64,000 nucleotides of DNA from Candidatus Latescibacterota bacterium (lineage in GTDB: Bacteria > Latescibacterota > UBA2968 > UBA8231). This document shows positions 46,985-57,301 of this stretch, piece by piece. The stretch spans positions 3,136,001 to 3,200,000 of the forward strand of contig OZ220089.1 in the NCBI GenBank assembly GCA_964291625.2, read 5' to 3'. The translations under genes and the position numbers were made by a program. Each line of letters opens with the position of its first letter. Within the stretch, counting starts at the first letter, position 1. The notes beneath the pieces were generated by a model, which saw nothing but the letters and a program-made list of their open reading frames with translations, had not been told where the DNA came from and made no database searches.

Positions 46985-47616
46985 GACTCATCTCCTCGAC
47001 TCGGTTCCTTGCCCACGCCGTGCAGGAACACGCGCACGACCTCGGACACGATCTGGTCGGGCCCCAGGCCCTGCTCGTTGGACCGGATGCAGGAGCGGAT
47101 CATTCCGAGCAGGATCTGGGCGTCCGTGTTCAGGTGGGGCACGGCGAAGGCGCCCCGCTCCTCGCCGTAGCGCAGGACCTGGGCGACGGCGTCGACCAGC
47201 TGCTCCCGCTGCACCTTCCACCGCCGCCGGTGTTCCCGCCGCCGGGCGGCCTCGCTCTCGTCCCGCCACATGAGCCGGAAGAGGAACCGGTTGCGGCTCA
47301 TGTATCCCACCACGGCGCGCACCGCGTGCTCCAGGCGGTCCACCGGGTCGGGGCTGGCCACCTCGCGGATCTGCCGCTGCAGCTCCTCGAAGCCCTCGGT
47401 GAGGACGGTGAGATAGAGGGATTCCTTGTCCGCGAAGTAGCGGTAGATCGTCCCCTTGGCGACCCCGGCCTCCTCGGCCACGTCCTCCATCAGGACCTCG
47501 TCGAAGCGGCCATCGGCGAAGAGCCGCTCGGCGGCCTCGAGGATCGCCCGGCGCCGTTCCTCCTGGGCGGGTGTCAGATCGGACGGCGATTCTGAGCCCG
47601 GCAAGGGAATCTCCAT
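46981..47616 (-). CDS. TetR/AcrR-family transcriptional regulator
   Basis: ILEAAERLF...VAEEAGVAKGTIYRYFADKESL. Confidence 0.93.
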   Translation of the reverse strand: MEIPLPGSESPSDLTPAQEERRRAILEAAERLFADGRFDEVLMEDVAEEAGVAKGTIYRYFADKESLYLTVLTEGFEELQRQIREVASPDPVDRLEHAVRAVVGYMSRNRFLFRLMWRDESEAARRREHRRRWKVQREQLVDAVAQVLRYGEERGAFAVPHLNTDAQILLGMIRSCIRSNEQGLGPDQIVSEVVRVFLHGVGKEPSRGDES

Positions 47617-47644
47617 TCTGCGTCACGCACCCGGCCAAGGGATG

Positions 47645-47658
47645 ACTGACCGGTCAGT
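47645..47658. promoter_or_regulatory. Perfect 14-bp palindrome, probable TetR operator
   Basis: ACTGACCGGTCAGT, 28 nt upstream of the tetR start. Confidence 0.7.
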
Positions 47659-47731
47659 TCAGTTCCCGGGAATGTGCGGGGGCGGCCTTGTTCTGTCAAC
47701 GGCGGAAACGGTGGGAACCTCGGGTCCGCCC

Positions 47732-48502
47732 TCAGGCGACGCGGTAGCTGGAGGCCGTGTAGTGCAGGGTCTGGCCCACCTCGAGGGCGGCCACCCTGGT
47801 GCCGGCGGAGAGGAACTCGACCCCCCGGCGAAGCTCGTCGATGTCGGCGGGCTGGCCCATGGTCTCGCCGTAGTGGCAGGGGATCACCACGTCGGGCCGG
47901 ATCAGGCTGGCGGCGCGGGCGGCCTCGCGGACGCCCATGGTGAACATGCCGCCCACGGGCAGGATCGCCACCTGGGGGCCGTGCATCTGGCCGATGAGCT
48001 GCATGTCGGAGAACAGGCAGGTGTCGGCCGAGTCGTAGATGGTGACGCCGTCGTCGAAGGAGAGGACGAAGCCGGCCACGGCCCCGTCGGGGCGGAAGTA
48101 CTCGTCGTCCGAAGGCTCCCCCTTGGCCAGGCTCGGAGACATGGACAGGGAGTGGTGGGCCTGGGTCATGGTGAGGGTTACGTCCTTGATCTTCGTCGAG
48201 CCTCCCGGGTTCAGGGGCACGGCGGTGTCGCCGAGCTCGAGGCCGTGGGCCTCGGCCACCAGGCACATCTCGTAGCAGCCGACGAACTTCGCCTGCGTGC
48301 GCCTGCAGATCTCGAAGGAGTCGCCCACGTGGTCGTTGTGTCCGTGGGAGGCGATGACGATGTCCGCCTTGCGCACCTGCGAAACCCGCAGGCGGGCCGT
48401 GGGGTTGTCGTCGAGCCAGGCGTCGAAGTAGATCACGGTCCCCTCGCCCGACTCGAAGCGGAAAGAGGCGTGACCGAGGAAGGTGATCTTCGCGGATGCC
48501 AT
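47732..48502 (-). CDS. Metallo-beta-lactamase-fold hydrolase (UPF0173-like)
   Basis: Start MASAKITFLGHASF (RBS GGAGG); SHGHNDHVGD; AHH; LPVGGMFTMG; IPCHY. Confidence 0.9.
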   Translation of the reverse strand: MASAKITFLGHASFRFESGEGTVIYFDAWLDDNPTARLRVSQVRKADIVIASHGHNDHVGDSFEICRRTQAKFVGCYEMCLVAEAHGLELGDTAVPLNPGGSTKIKDVTLTMTQAHHSLSMSPSLAKGEPSDDEYFRPDGAVAGFVLSFDDGVTIYDSADTCLFSDMQLIGQMHGPQVAILPVGGMFTMGVREAARAASLIRPDVVIPCHYGETMGQPADIDELRRGVEFLSAGTRVAALEVGQTLHYTASSYRVA

Positions 48503-48627
48503 GTGTGATCCTCCGGGGGATAAGAGAAGGTGAAGGTCTGACCGCGGCCGCAATCGGAAGCCGCGGGGTACAAAGGTCTTCGCAGCCGCTTGGCCAGCCG
48601 GCGGAGACGATCCGCAGGCTATCCTCG

Positions 48628-48870
48628 TCAGGTGGGTTCCGGTTCGGTCTCCGATGGCCGCCAGGGCCCGAGTGCCGCGCCTTCGATGCGGGCCAGTCGG
48701 CGGTCGATGCTGGCCAGTTCGCGCCGCACCTCGGCAGACTCGCTGCGCAGCTCGCCGCGCAGGGTGTCGATGCGTTCGCAGGTGCGGTTGTGCAGCGACA
48801 CCATCACCGCCAGCAGCGCCGCGAACAGGGTAGCGCCTACGGCGACGATGGCGATCAATTCGGGGGTCAT
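48628..48870 (-). CDS. Small protein (80 aa): N-terminal TM helix plus coiled coil
   Basis: MTPELIAIVAVGATLFAALLAVMVSL...RIDTLRGELRSE...IDRRLARIEG; purine-rich RBS GGAGAAAGGG. Confidence 0.7.
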   Translation of the reverse strand: MTPELIAIVAVGATLFAALLAVMVSLHNRTCERIDTLRGELRSESAEVRRELASIDRRLARIEGAALGPWRPSETEPEPT

Positions 48871-48883
48871 GATCCCTTTCTCC

Positions 48884-48980
48884 AAGCATGCTTCCGCTGT
48901 CGCCCACCACCTTGTAGTCGAGGTCGATCCCGAGCACCGCGTTCGCACCCTTGGCCCGCGACTCTGGTCGTCAGGAGCAC
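48884..48980 (-). pseudogene. ybjQ: ybjQ (UPF0145) remnant with internal deletion and lost C-terminus
   Basis: RBS GAGGTG + GTG CTC CTG ACG ACC (MLLTT), joined out of frame to RAKGANAVLGIDLDYKVVGDSGSML; compare YbjQ [25 protein letters not shown] (recalled). Confidence 0.75.
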
Positions 48981-49133
48981 GGCACACCTCGTCGTGGTGG
49001 AGCCGCTGCGGGCAGTCAGCATGCGGCAGGGTGAAGTCGGCGGGAGAAAAAGTACCTCCGCAGGTGGCTGGTCAAGGGAGCCGGGGGTTGTCGGCGATGG
49101 TCATTCCGGCTCCGACCTTGGAGGGAGACGACT

Positions 49134-49868
49134 CTACGCTGCGAACTCCAGGACGTCCCTGTACTTCCCGTAGCAGGAGCGGCACGCGGGCTTGAGCAGA
49201 GTCGCCGCGTGCTCGCTTCCGCAAATGTGGCAATGCTTCTCCCTGGATGTCTTTTCCTTTCCGTTCCGTCGCCAGCTCGCGTAGCAGGGCCTGCAGTAGG
49301 GCTGAGCCGGGTTGGCCGGCAGGTCCCCTCGGCAGCGGATGCAGAACCCATGTTGCGGCTGTTCCATGGTCAATAGGGGTCCCTCTTCGGATTCCCGATC
49401 GATCTTTGCAGCCATCAACGGATGATCCTCACCTCTTATGACAACCTCACTTTGTTGCCGGATCCGTTCCGACTCCTCGAGTATACCGGAGTAGAGTTCG
49501 TGGTCCTTCTCTGCTGTTACGAGTATGCCCATCTCCCGGTTGTTGACCTGTGAGTAGTCATAGAGGTTCATCGAGGTCAGGAGGGCCTCGTTTTCATTGA
49601 AGTAGCACTTCGCGTGAAGGGTCTTGCAGTATCGCGTCGTGACAGAAGTCATCGATTCAAGCCAGGTTCTCTCGTCTTTGCGCAGCTCCTTCTTCTTCCC
49701 ATACAAGACACATATGGGGATGCTCAAGGTGTCCTTTTCGCTGAGGAGCACCTTGAGACGATCATTTACCCTGAGATACGGGCTGACAATCACAATGAAC
49801 TTCGTTGCTTTCTGGATTATCTCCTCAATCCGGGCTGTGATTGCTGCCGTAGCGAGTAGTTCTGCCAT
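49134..49868 (-). CDS. Phospholipase-D-superfamily (single HxK) protein with C-terminal Cys-rich zinc ribbons
   Basis: IVSPYL; LHAKCYFNE..ALLTSMNL...N.EMG; four CxxC pairs (CIRC, CRPC, CHIC, CRSC); AT-richer than flanks. Confidence 0.82.
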   Translation of the reverse strand: MAELLATAAITARIEEIIQKATKFIVIVSPYLRVNDRLKVLLSEKDTLSIPICVLYGKKKELRKDERTWLESMTSVTTRYCKTLHAKCYFNENEALLTSMNLYDYSQVNNREMGILVTAEKDHELYSGILEESERIRQQSEVVIRGEDHPLMAAKIDRESEEGPLLTMEQPQHGFCIRCRGDLPANPAQPYCRPCYASWRRNGKEKTSREKHCHICGSEHAATLLKPACRSCYGKYRDVLEFAA

Positions 49869-49913
49869 CTGGAGAGACTCCCTGTATCCAGAACTCAGTC
49901 AGTCTTGAAGGCC

Positions 49914-52274
49914 TCACGTCGACTCCCGCTGCCGGGTCGTCGAGGCGACCAGCCTGTCGACCTTGAGCACCTCGCCGGTATCGCGGTCGACCTGGCCGAA
50001 CTCCAGGACCCCGGTGGGGCAGGACTCGACGCAGGCCGAGCAGCGGACGCACTCGGGGTCGGCCATGGGCAGCCCCTTGTTGGCGAAGTTCATGATGTCG
50101 ATGCCCTGGTGGCAGACGGAGGTGCAGACGTTGCAGGAGATGCACTTCTTCTTGTCGGCCAGGATCCGGAAGCGGCTGAAGCGGGCGTACACGTGCATCA
50201 GCGCCGCCAGGGGGCAGGCGAAGCGGCACCAGACGCGGCCGCTGTACCAGAAGTAGGCGCCGTAGCCGACGACGCCGGCGAGCATCAGGTCGACGAGGTA
50301 GCTGTAGTTGAGGGGGACGCCGCCGAGGCTCCAGCCGTAGAGCAGCCCCTCGTGCACCTGCCGCAGGGCGGACCCCATGCCGCTCTCGGGCCAGACCCAG
50401 CCGACGACGCGGGTGGCCAGCAGCAGCAGGCAGATCGCCAGGATCGCCTGGCCGAGCATGTTCCAGCGGTTCCAGCGGGCCCCGTGCATCATCTTGTGCC
50501 GGTGGCCGTCGCCGAGGGTCTCGGCCAGGGCCCCGCAGGAGCAGATCCAGCCGCAGTAGGCGCCCTTGCCCCAGAAGTAGATGATCGCCGGGATGATGAC
50601 GAAGGTCTGCACGAGGCTGACCGCCAGCCACGCCGCCAGGGGCTGGTGGGTGAAGACGTTCCACACGAAGAGGGGCCAGGCGAGGACGAAGCCGAAGGCG
50701 CGCCAGTACTCGCGGCCGTGGTCGTAGGAGACCTCGGGGAAGAAGGCGTCGGCGAAGCTCTTGCCGAAGCCGGCGTCGAACCAGCCGGCGTTGCCCATCC
50801 AGGGCAGCACGAAGTAGGGAAGCAGGAACAGGGGCAGGACCTGGAAGAGGGCGAGACTGGCCGTCTGCCACTTCACGTACGGCGTCGGCCGCCGCCGCAC
50901 CCTCCGGTACCCGAAGACCACCACGAGGGCGCAGTAGGCGAGACTGTAGTGGAACCCGGGCTTGCCCAGGTTGAAGGCCATCAGCCCCCAGAGGCTGGCG
51001 GCGTGGGCGTCGGCGGCGGCCAGCAGGGACGGCACGTTGAAGGGGAACCAGCCGGCCTCCTTGAACCAGTTGGTCAGGGGGCCGCCGGCCTTCCAGTTGT
51101 AGAGGAACATGCAGAAGGCCATGAACAGGCCGAAGCCGGTCCACTCGCGCGGCCCCATCTCGCCGCGGATGCGCACTCCCGAGCGCCGGAAGAACTCCAG
51201 GGGCGCCTCGCGGCCGATCATGGTGAAGACGGCGTCGTTGCGCCGCTTCACCTCTTCGCCGCCGGCATCGGAGAGCGCCACCTCGTCCTCTCCGATGGCG
51301 AGGACCTTGGACGACATCATGAGATCGATCGATCCGGGGCGGCGCTCCTCCTCGAGGAAGGGGCCGCTCGAGGTGGTGACGCGTTCGGAGGTGGGCGTGT
51401 CCACCGAGACGTCCGCCATCGGATCGGCGGAGAGCGCCTCGAGGCGTTCCAGGTTCTCCGGCTTGGGCCGCGAGAACTCGGGCCGGCGATAGGAGAGGGT
51501 CACGCGGCCGCCGGCGGTGGCCACGGCGATGGCCGTCTCCATGGCGCTGTCGCCGCCGCCGACGACGAGCACGTCCTGGCCGGCGTAGTCCTTGGGATCG
51601 TGCAGCCGGTTGGAGACCTTGTCGAGGTCCTCGCCGGGGACGCCGAGCTGGCGGAAGTTCCCGGAGCGGCCGATGGCGACGACCACCCGGAGGGCCTGCA
51701 GGTCCTCGCCGTCGGGGATGACCACGGTGAAGCGGCCCTCCGACCGCTCGACCCGCTCCACCCGGGCCATGTGGGGCTCGATGCCGCGCTCCAGGGTCTG
51801 CTCCCGAAGCTCGGCCACCAGCGGCTCCTTGACCTCGGCCGCGAACTGCAGGTCCCCCGCCGGGGTCATCTCCCGGGGATAGGTGTAGATCGGCTTGCCC
51901 TTGGGGAAGTTGACGACCGTCGAGAAGGGCTCCGTGGCCTCGAGGATCCGGTACTTCAAGCCGGCCTCGCCCGCGGCCAGGGCCGCCGCCATCCCCGAGA
52001 CGCCGGCGCCGACGATGACCACGTCCAGCACTTCGTCGCGGCCGGAGCCCGCGCGCTGCCGCTGGAACTCCTCGTCGTCGACGATGTCGGCGACGGCCAG
52101 GGCGCCGCTGTGGGAGGAGAACTTCAGCAGCGGGATGCCGGTCAGGTCGCCGACGATGTAGAGGCCGGGGACGTTGCTGCGGTAGCGGGCGTCGACCTCC
52201 GGCAGCTTCTCCACCGTGCCGGCGGGCCAGCGCTCGTGGAGCCAGCGCGCGTAGCGGTGGATCAGCGATGCCAT
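49914..52274 (-). CDS. NAD(P)/FAD oxidoreductase (TrxB/YpdA-like) fused to a NapH-like membrane polyferredoxin
   Basis: VPGLYIVGD; IVGAGVSG; VVGGGDSAME; TM helices; YCGWICSCG; WCRFACP; CISCNVCTSVC; CVRCSACVESCP. Confidence 0.85.
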   Translation of the reverse strand: MASLIHRYARWLHERWPAGTVEKLPEVDARYRSNVPGLYIVGDLTGIPLLKFSSHSGALAVADIVDDEEFQRQRAGSGRDEVLDVVIVGAGVSGMAAALAAGEAGLKYRILEATEPFSTVVNFPKGKPIYTYPREMTPAGDLQFAAEVKEPLVAELREQTLERGIEPHMARVERVERSEGRFTVVIPDGEDLQALRVVVAIGRSGNFRQLGVPGEDLDKVSNRLHDPKDYAGQDVLVVGGGDSAMETAIAVATAGGRVTLSYRRPEFSRPKPENLERLEALSADPMADVSVDTPTSERVTTSSGPFLEEERRPGSIDLMMSSKVLAIGEDEVALSDAGGEEVKRRNDAVFTMIGREAPLEFFRRSGVRIRGEMGPREWTGFGLFMAFCMFLYNWKAGGPLTNWFKEAGWFPFNVPSLLAAADAHAASLWGLMAFNLGKPGFHYSLAYCALVVVFGYRRVRRRPTPYVKWQTASLALFQVLPLFLLPYFVLPWMGNAGWFDAGFGKSFADAFFPEVSYDHGREYWRAFGFVLAWPLFVWNVFTHQPLAAWLAVSLVQTFVIIPAIIYFWGKGAYCGWICSCGALAETLGDGHRHKMMHGARWNRWNMLGQAILAICLLLLATRVVGWVWPESGMGSALRQVHEGLLYGWSLGGVPLNYSYLVDLMLAGVVGYGAYFWYSGRVWCRFACPLAALMHVYARFSRFRILADKKKCISCNVCTSVCHQGIDIMNFANKGLPMADPECVRCSACVESCPTGVLEFGQVDRDTGEVLKVDRLVASTTRQREST

Positions 52275-52287
52275 GCCGGGCGCCGGC

Positions 52288-53736
52288 TCACCGGGCAAGC
52301 GTCATCGTCCGCTGCCGGGACAGGTCCCGGGCGGGCATCTCCAGGCGGTAGTGGTAGACGCCGCTGGCCACGGCGCGGCCGGACTCGTCGGTGGCGTCCC
52401 AGTCGACCACGTAGCGGCCGGCGCGCTGCCGGCCGTCGGCCAGGGTCCGAACCCGCTGGCCGAAGGCGTTGTAGATGGTGAGGGAAACCTCGCCGTCGGC
52501 CGGCAGGGCGAAGCGGATGCGGGTCTCCGGGTTGAAGGGGTTGGGGTAGTTCTGACCCAGGTCGAAGTCCCGGGGGACGGACTCGCCCTCGGGTTCCAGC
52601 ACCGCCGTGTCCTCCGGCTCGTCGATGATCCCCCCCCCGCCCCAGACCGTGCTCTCCGGCCAGTAGGTGCTCCAGGCGAACCACATGGAGTAGTAGGCCG
52701 GCAGCTGGGTGAGCTGCTCGCCCTGGAGCGGTCCCTCGAGGGCGCGGCCCAGGAGGTCCCAGGTCGTGCCCGTCTCCACGTCGCGGAACTCCGGCAACGG
52801 GCCGGTGGCGTCTGCCTGGTAGAAGGTGAGGGTTCGTCCGTCGATCTCACGGCTGTAGGGAAGGGCGGTCTGGGAGTCCTCGTGGAAGACCACCAGCAGG
52901 GGCTCGCCGCCGAGCTCGTCGTTGACCACCGCCTCGGGCCCCATGTCCCCGAAGCCGTAGGCCCGCAGCTCGTCGCCCAGGCAGATGCCCAGGAACATCT
53001 CCTTTGGCTGGTACACGGAGAGGTCGGGGTTGTTGGTGGTCCAGTAGAAGAAGATGCGGTTGTGGTTGGTGCGGTAGTCGCCGTACGGATAGCTGTGGAA
53101 GAGGTCGGCATTGGCGTAGTAGCTCTGCTTGCCCGCGGAGTAGCGGTCGAGGCCGGTGCCGAAGAGGGCCACCTCGCTGTCGGGGTACATCCGTTTCCAC
53201 ATCTCGAAGGTCGTCACGATGGCGGGCAGCAACTCCAGCTGCTCGCCCTTGTAGTCGCCGTTGATGCCGGTGTAGATCATCTGCGGGTAGAGCGTGGTGT
53301 CGTCCCGGCGGTCGTACATGACCAGGTTGGAGTTGATCAGCAGACCCGAGACGCCGAACTCGATCTGGCTGCCGTCCTCGGCGGTGGCGTCGAAGACCTG
53401 GGGCGTCCCGGTGAGGGGGCACAAGGTCACGGAGACGTATCCGCCGCCGATCCGGTCGTTGATGATCTCGTGCCACCAGCCCAGGTTCTCGGGATAGGCT
53501 TTCACCTCGCCGCCGCGGACGACGCCGATGACCAGGTCCGTGTCGCGGACATACACGATCTGCGACGCCGGCGCGAAGTCCGGGTTGGTGACCGCGGGGA
53601 TGCCGTCGATGGGTGGGCCGCCGGAACGCAGGTGCCCGGTCAGCTGGTCCAGGTTTTCGAAGGGGAAGGGGGCGCCGGCCCAGGCGGGCGCGGCGGCGAG
53701 CCAGCAGAGGATGGCGCAGCGGGTCAGGGTCTTCAT
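52288..53736 (-). CDS. Secreted DUF3179-domain protein with C-terminal FlgD-Ig/T9SS-like domain
   Basis: Signal peptide; GGPPIDGIPA; KAYP...WHEIIND; TLCPLTG; FGVSGLL.NSNLVMYDR; WFAW; LGQNYPNPFNP. Confidence 0.87.
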   Translation of the reverse strand: MKTLTRCAILCWLAAAPAWAGAPFPFENLDQLTGHLRSGGPPIDGIPAVTNPDFAPASQIVYVRDTDLVIGVVRGGEVKAYPENLGWWHEIINDRIGGGYVSVTLCPLTGTPQVFDATAEDGSQIEFGVSGLLINSNLVMYDRRDDTTLYPQMIYTGINGDYKGEQLELLPAIVTTFEMWKRMYPDSEVALFGTGLDRYSAGKQSYYANADLFHSYPYGDYRTNHNRIFFYWTTNNPDLSVYQPKEMFLGICLGDELRAYGFGDMGPEAVVNDELGGEPLLVVFHEDSQTALPYSREIDGRTLTFYQADATGPLPEFRDVETGTTWDLLGRALEGPLQGEQLTQLPAYYSMWFAWSTYWPESTVWGGGGIIDEPEDTAVLEPEGESVPRDFDLGQNYPNPFNPETRIRFALPADGEVSLTIYNAFGQRVRTLADGRQRAGRYVVDWDATDESGRAVASGVYHYRLEMPARDLSRQRTMTLAR

Positions 53737-53801
53737 GGGGCATCCGCTCCGTTCAAGGTTCGGACAAGGTAGGCAGAACCCGGGGGGGCCGCAGCCCGGG
53801 C

Positions 53802-56146
53802 TCAGTCGCCTATGGCCACCGCGATCGAGCCGACCACTTCCACCGGCAGCAGGCAGACCGCGTCGTCGCAGGCCTGGTAGCGGACGGAGGCGCGCAGGGC
53901 GCCGTTGGCCGCCGGTGCGTCCTCTTGGGCCGCAAGCCTCGACACCACCTCCACCCGGCCTTGCCAGACCTCCAGGGTGTCGGCCATGGAGGGGAAGGGC
54001 AGCGCCCGGGAGGGCGGGTACTCGACGTCGACCTGGCGCAGGGCCAGGGGGCCCGGGTTCACCGTGACCGTGGTCGGCACGAGACCGGCCGCGGCCGGGT
54101 TGGCGTTGACGTGCCAGCCCTCGGCGATTTCGAGACGTACGGTGAGACGGGCCGGTTCCCCGGGGGCCAGCCGCGGGGGATCGAGTGCGAAAGCCACCTT
54201 GACGATGGAATCCGCCGGCGCCGGCCTCTGTGAGGAGTCCGGGAGCGGGGCGGCGGATACCTCCGCGAGCGAGGGGTCCGCCGCCGTGAGTCGCAGCCAG
54301 GCCCGTATGGCCGTGATCATGTGCGCATGTCCCCCCGGCGCCGAGGCGACGCTGCCGCCGAAGGCCCGCATGCACTCCACCGCCACCTCCGTGTAGCGCT
54401 CCTCCCGGGTCGTCTCCCCCAGCTCCAGGAGCACCCGCGCGGCCACCGCGTTGGCCGACGGCAGGGCGCCGTCATAGGCAACCTTGCTGCGGGCGATCAG
54501 GTCCCGCCCGCCCGTGGTGAAGTAGAACCCGCCGCCGCCGTCGGCGTCGCGGAAGCGCGCGATCATGGCGTCGGCCACCGACCGCGCTTCGGCCAGCCAC
54601 CGCGGCCGTCCGCCGGCCCGGTGCAGGGCCAGCAGGCCGTCGGCGAGGTGGGCATAGTCCTCCAGGTATCCGTCGTAGCGGGAAGCGCCGGCGCGGTGCA
54701 CGCGGTACAACCCGCCGCCCTCGCGCAGGTGCTCCAGCACGAACCGAGCCGCCGCTTCGGCCTCGGCGATGGCGGCCTCGTCGCCGAGGATCGCTCCCGC
54801 CTCGGCGGCGGCGGCGATCATCATGCCGTTCCAGGCGGTGATCACCTTGTCGTCCAGCAGCGGATAGGCGCGCGACGGCCGGGCCTGGTGCAGGCGCCGG
54901 AGCGAGGCCTCCAGCGAGCTGCGCAAGGCTGTCTCCCCGACGCCGAGGGAGTCCGCCGCCGAATCGATGCCCGTCCGCTGGAACAGGGCGCCGCCCTCTC
55001 CTTCCGGCACCGGGGCCAGCCCGTACGCCGCCAGCAGGGTATCGGCCGCCGCGGACCCCAGGGCCTCGCGGACCCCCTCCTCCGTCCACGTGTAGTACTT
55101 GCCCTCCACGTGCTCGGACTCGGCGTCCAGGGCCGAGTAGTAGGCCCCGTCCTCCGAGGTCATCTCGCGGCGGACGTAGCGCAGGATCCCCTCGGACACC
55201 CGTCGCCAGCGCTCGTCCCCGGTGGACCGGTAGGCGCGGGCGTAGAGACGCAGCATCTGGGCCTGGTTGTAGAGCATCTTCTCGAAGTGGGGCACGCGCC
55301 AGCCGGCGTCGGTGGCGTAGCGGTGGAACCCGCCTCCCACGTGGTCGTGGATCCCGCCCCGGGCCATCGCCTCCAGGGAGTGGCCGAGGATGCGCCCCGC
55401 CTCCTCGTCCCCCTCCTCGGCGTGGACCTGCCGCAGCAGCTCCAGGCGCATGGTGGGCGGAAACTTGGGGGCCCCGCCGAAGCCGCCGTTCTCGCTGTCG
55501 TAGAGGGCCTTGAGCCGATCCACGGCCACCGCCGCCACGCCGGCCCCGGGCTCGCGCGGTTCCCCCGCCATCGCCTGGGCCTGGCGGATGCGCTCGGTCA
55601 CTCTCGAGGCCACCTGCTCCACCTCCGGCCGGCGTTCGGCCCAGGCGGTGCGCAGCTCCTCCAGGACCCGCGGGAAGCCGGGCCGCCCGGGGAGGTCCCG
55701 CGGCGGGAAGTAGGTGCCGGCGAAGAACGGCTCCAGCGCGGGGGTGAGGAAGACCGAGTTGGGCCAGCCTCCGTGCCGGGCCAGGATCTGCGTCGCCGTC
55801 ATGTAGATCGCGTCCAGGTCGGGGCGCTCCTCGCGGTCGATCTTGATGTTGACGAACCCCTCGTTCATCTGCGCCGCGATCTCCGGGTCGGAGAACACCT
55901 CGCGCTCCATGACGTGGCACCAGTAGCAGGTGGAGTAGCCCACGGAGAGGAAGATCGGCCGGTCCTCCCGGCGGGCGAGGGCCAGCGCCTCCGGACCCCA
56001 GGGGTACCAGTCGACGGGGTTGCCGGCGTGCAGCAGCAGGTAGGGGCTGGTCTCGGCGGCCAGCCGGTTGGAGGGGGCGGTCGAGGGCCCGGAAGAGCCC
56101 TCGCAGGCGGTGGCGAAAGCGGCCGCGAGAAGCGCCGCCCGGGCGG

Positions 56147-56150
<4 letters not shown>
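53802..56150 (-). CDS. YyaL/DUF255 (SSP411-like) thioredoxin lipoprotein with C-terminal DsbD-alpha domain
   Basis: GTG start overlapping the ltaE stop; lipobox FATAC; [23 protein letters not shown]; [11 protein letters not shown]; GGWP; PHFEKMLY; C-terminal GWHVNAN...YQACDDAVC. Confidence 0.88.
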
Positions 56151-57202
<1,052 letters not shown>

Positions 57203-57301
57203 GTCCGGTGTTGGCTCCCTCGGCCGGTCCTTTCTTATCCTCTCACGCCGCCGGGCCCCCGACGGCCCGAAAAACCTAACCGAGCCGGAGAAGATTGTCG
57301 A

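Noticed and set aside
52288-53736. Selenocysteine in the DUF3179 protein
   Set aside because: The family includes selenoproteins, but this frame has Cys (CPLT) and no in-frame TGA.
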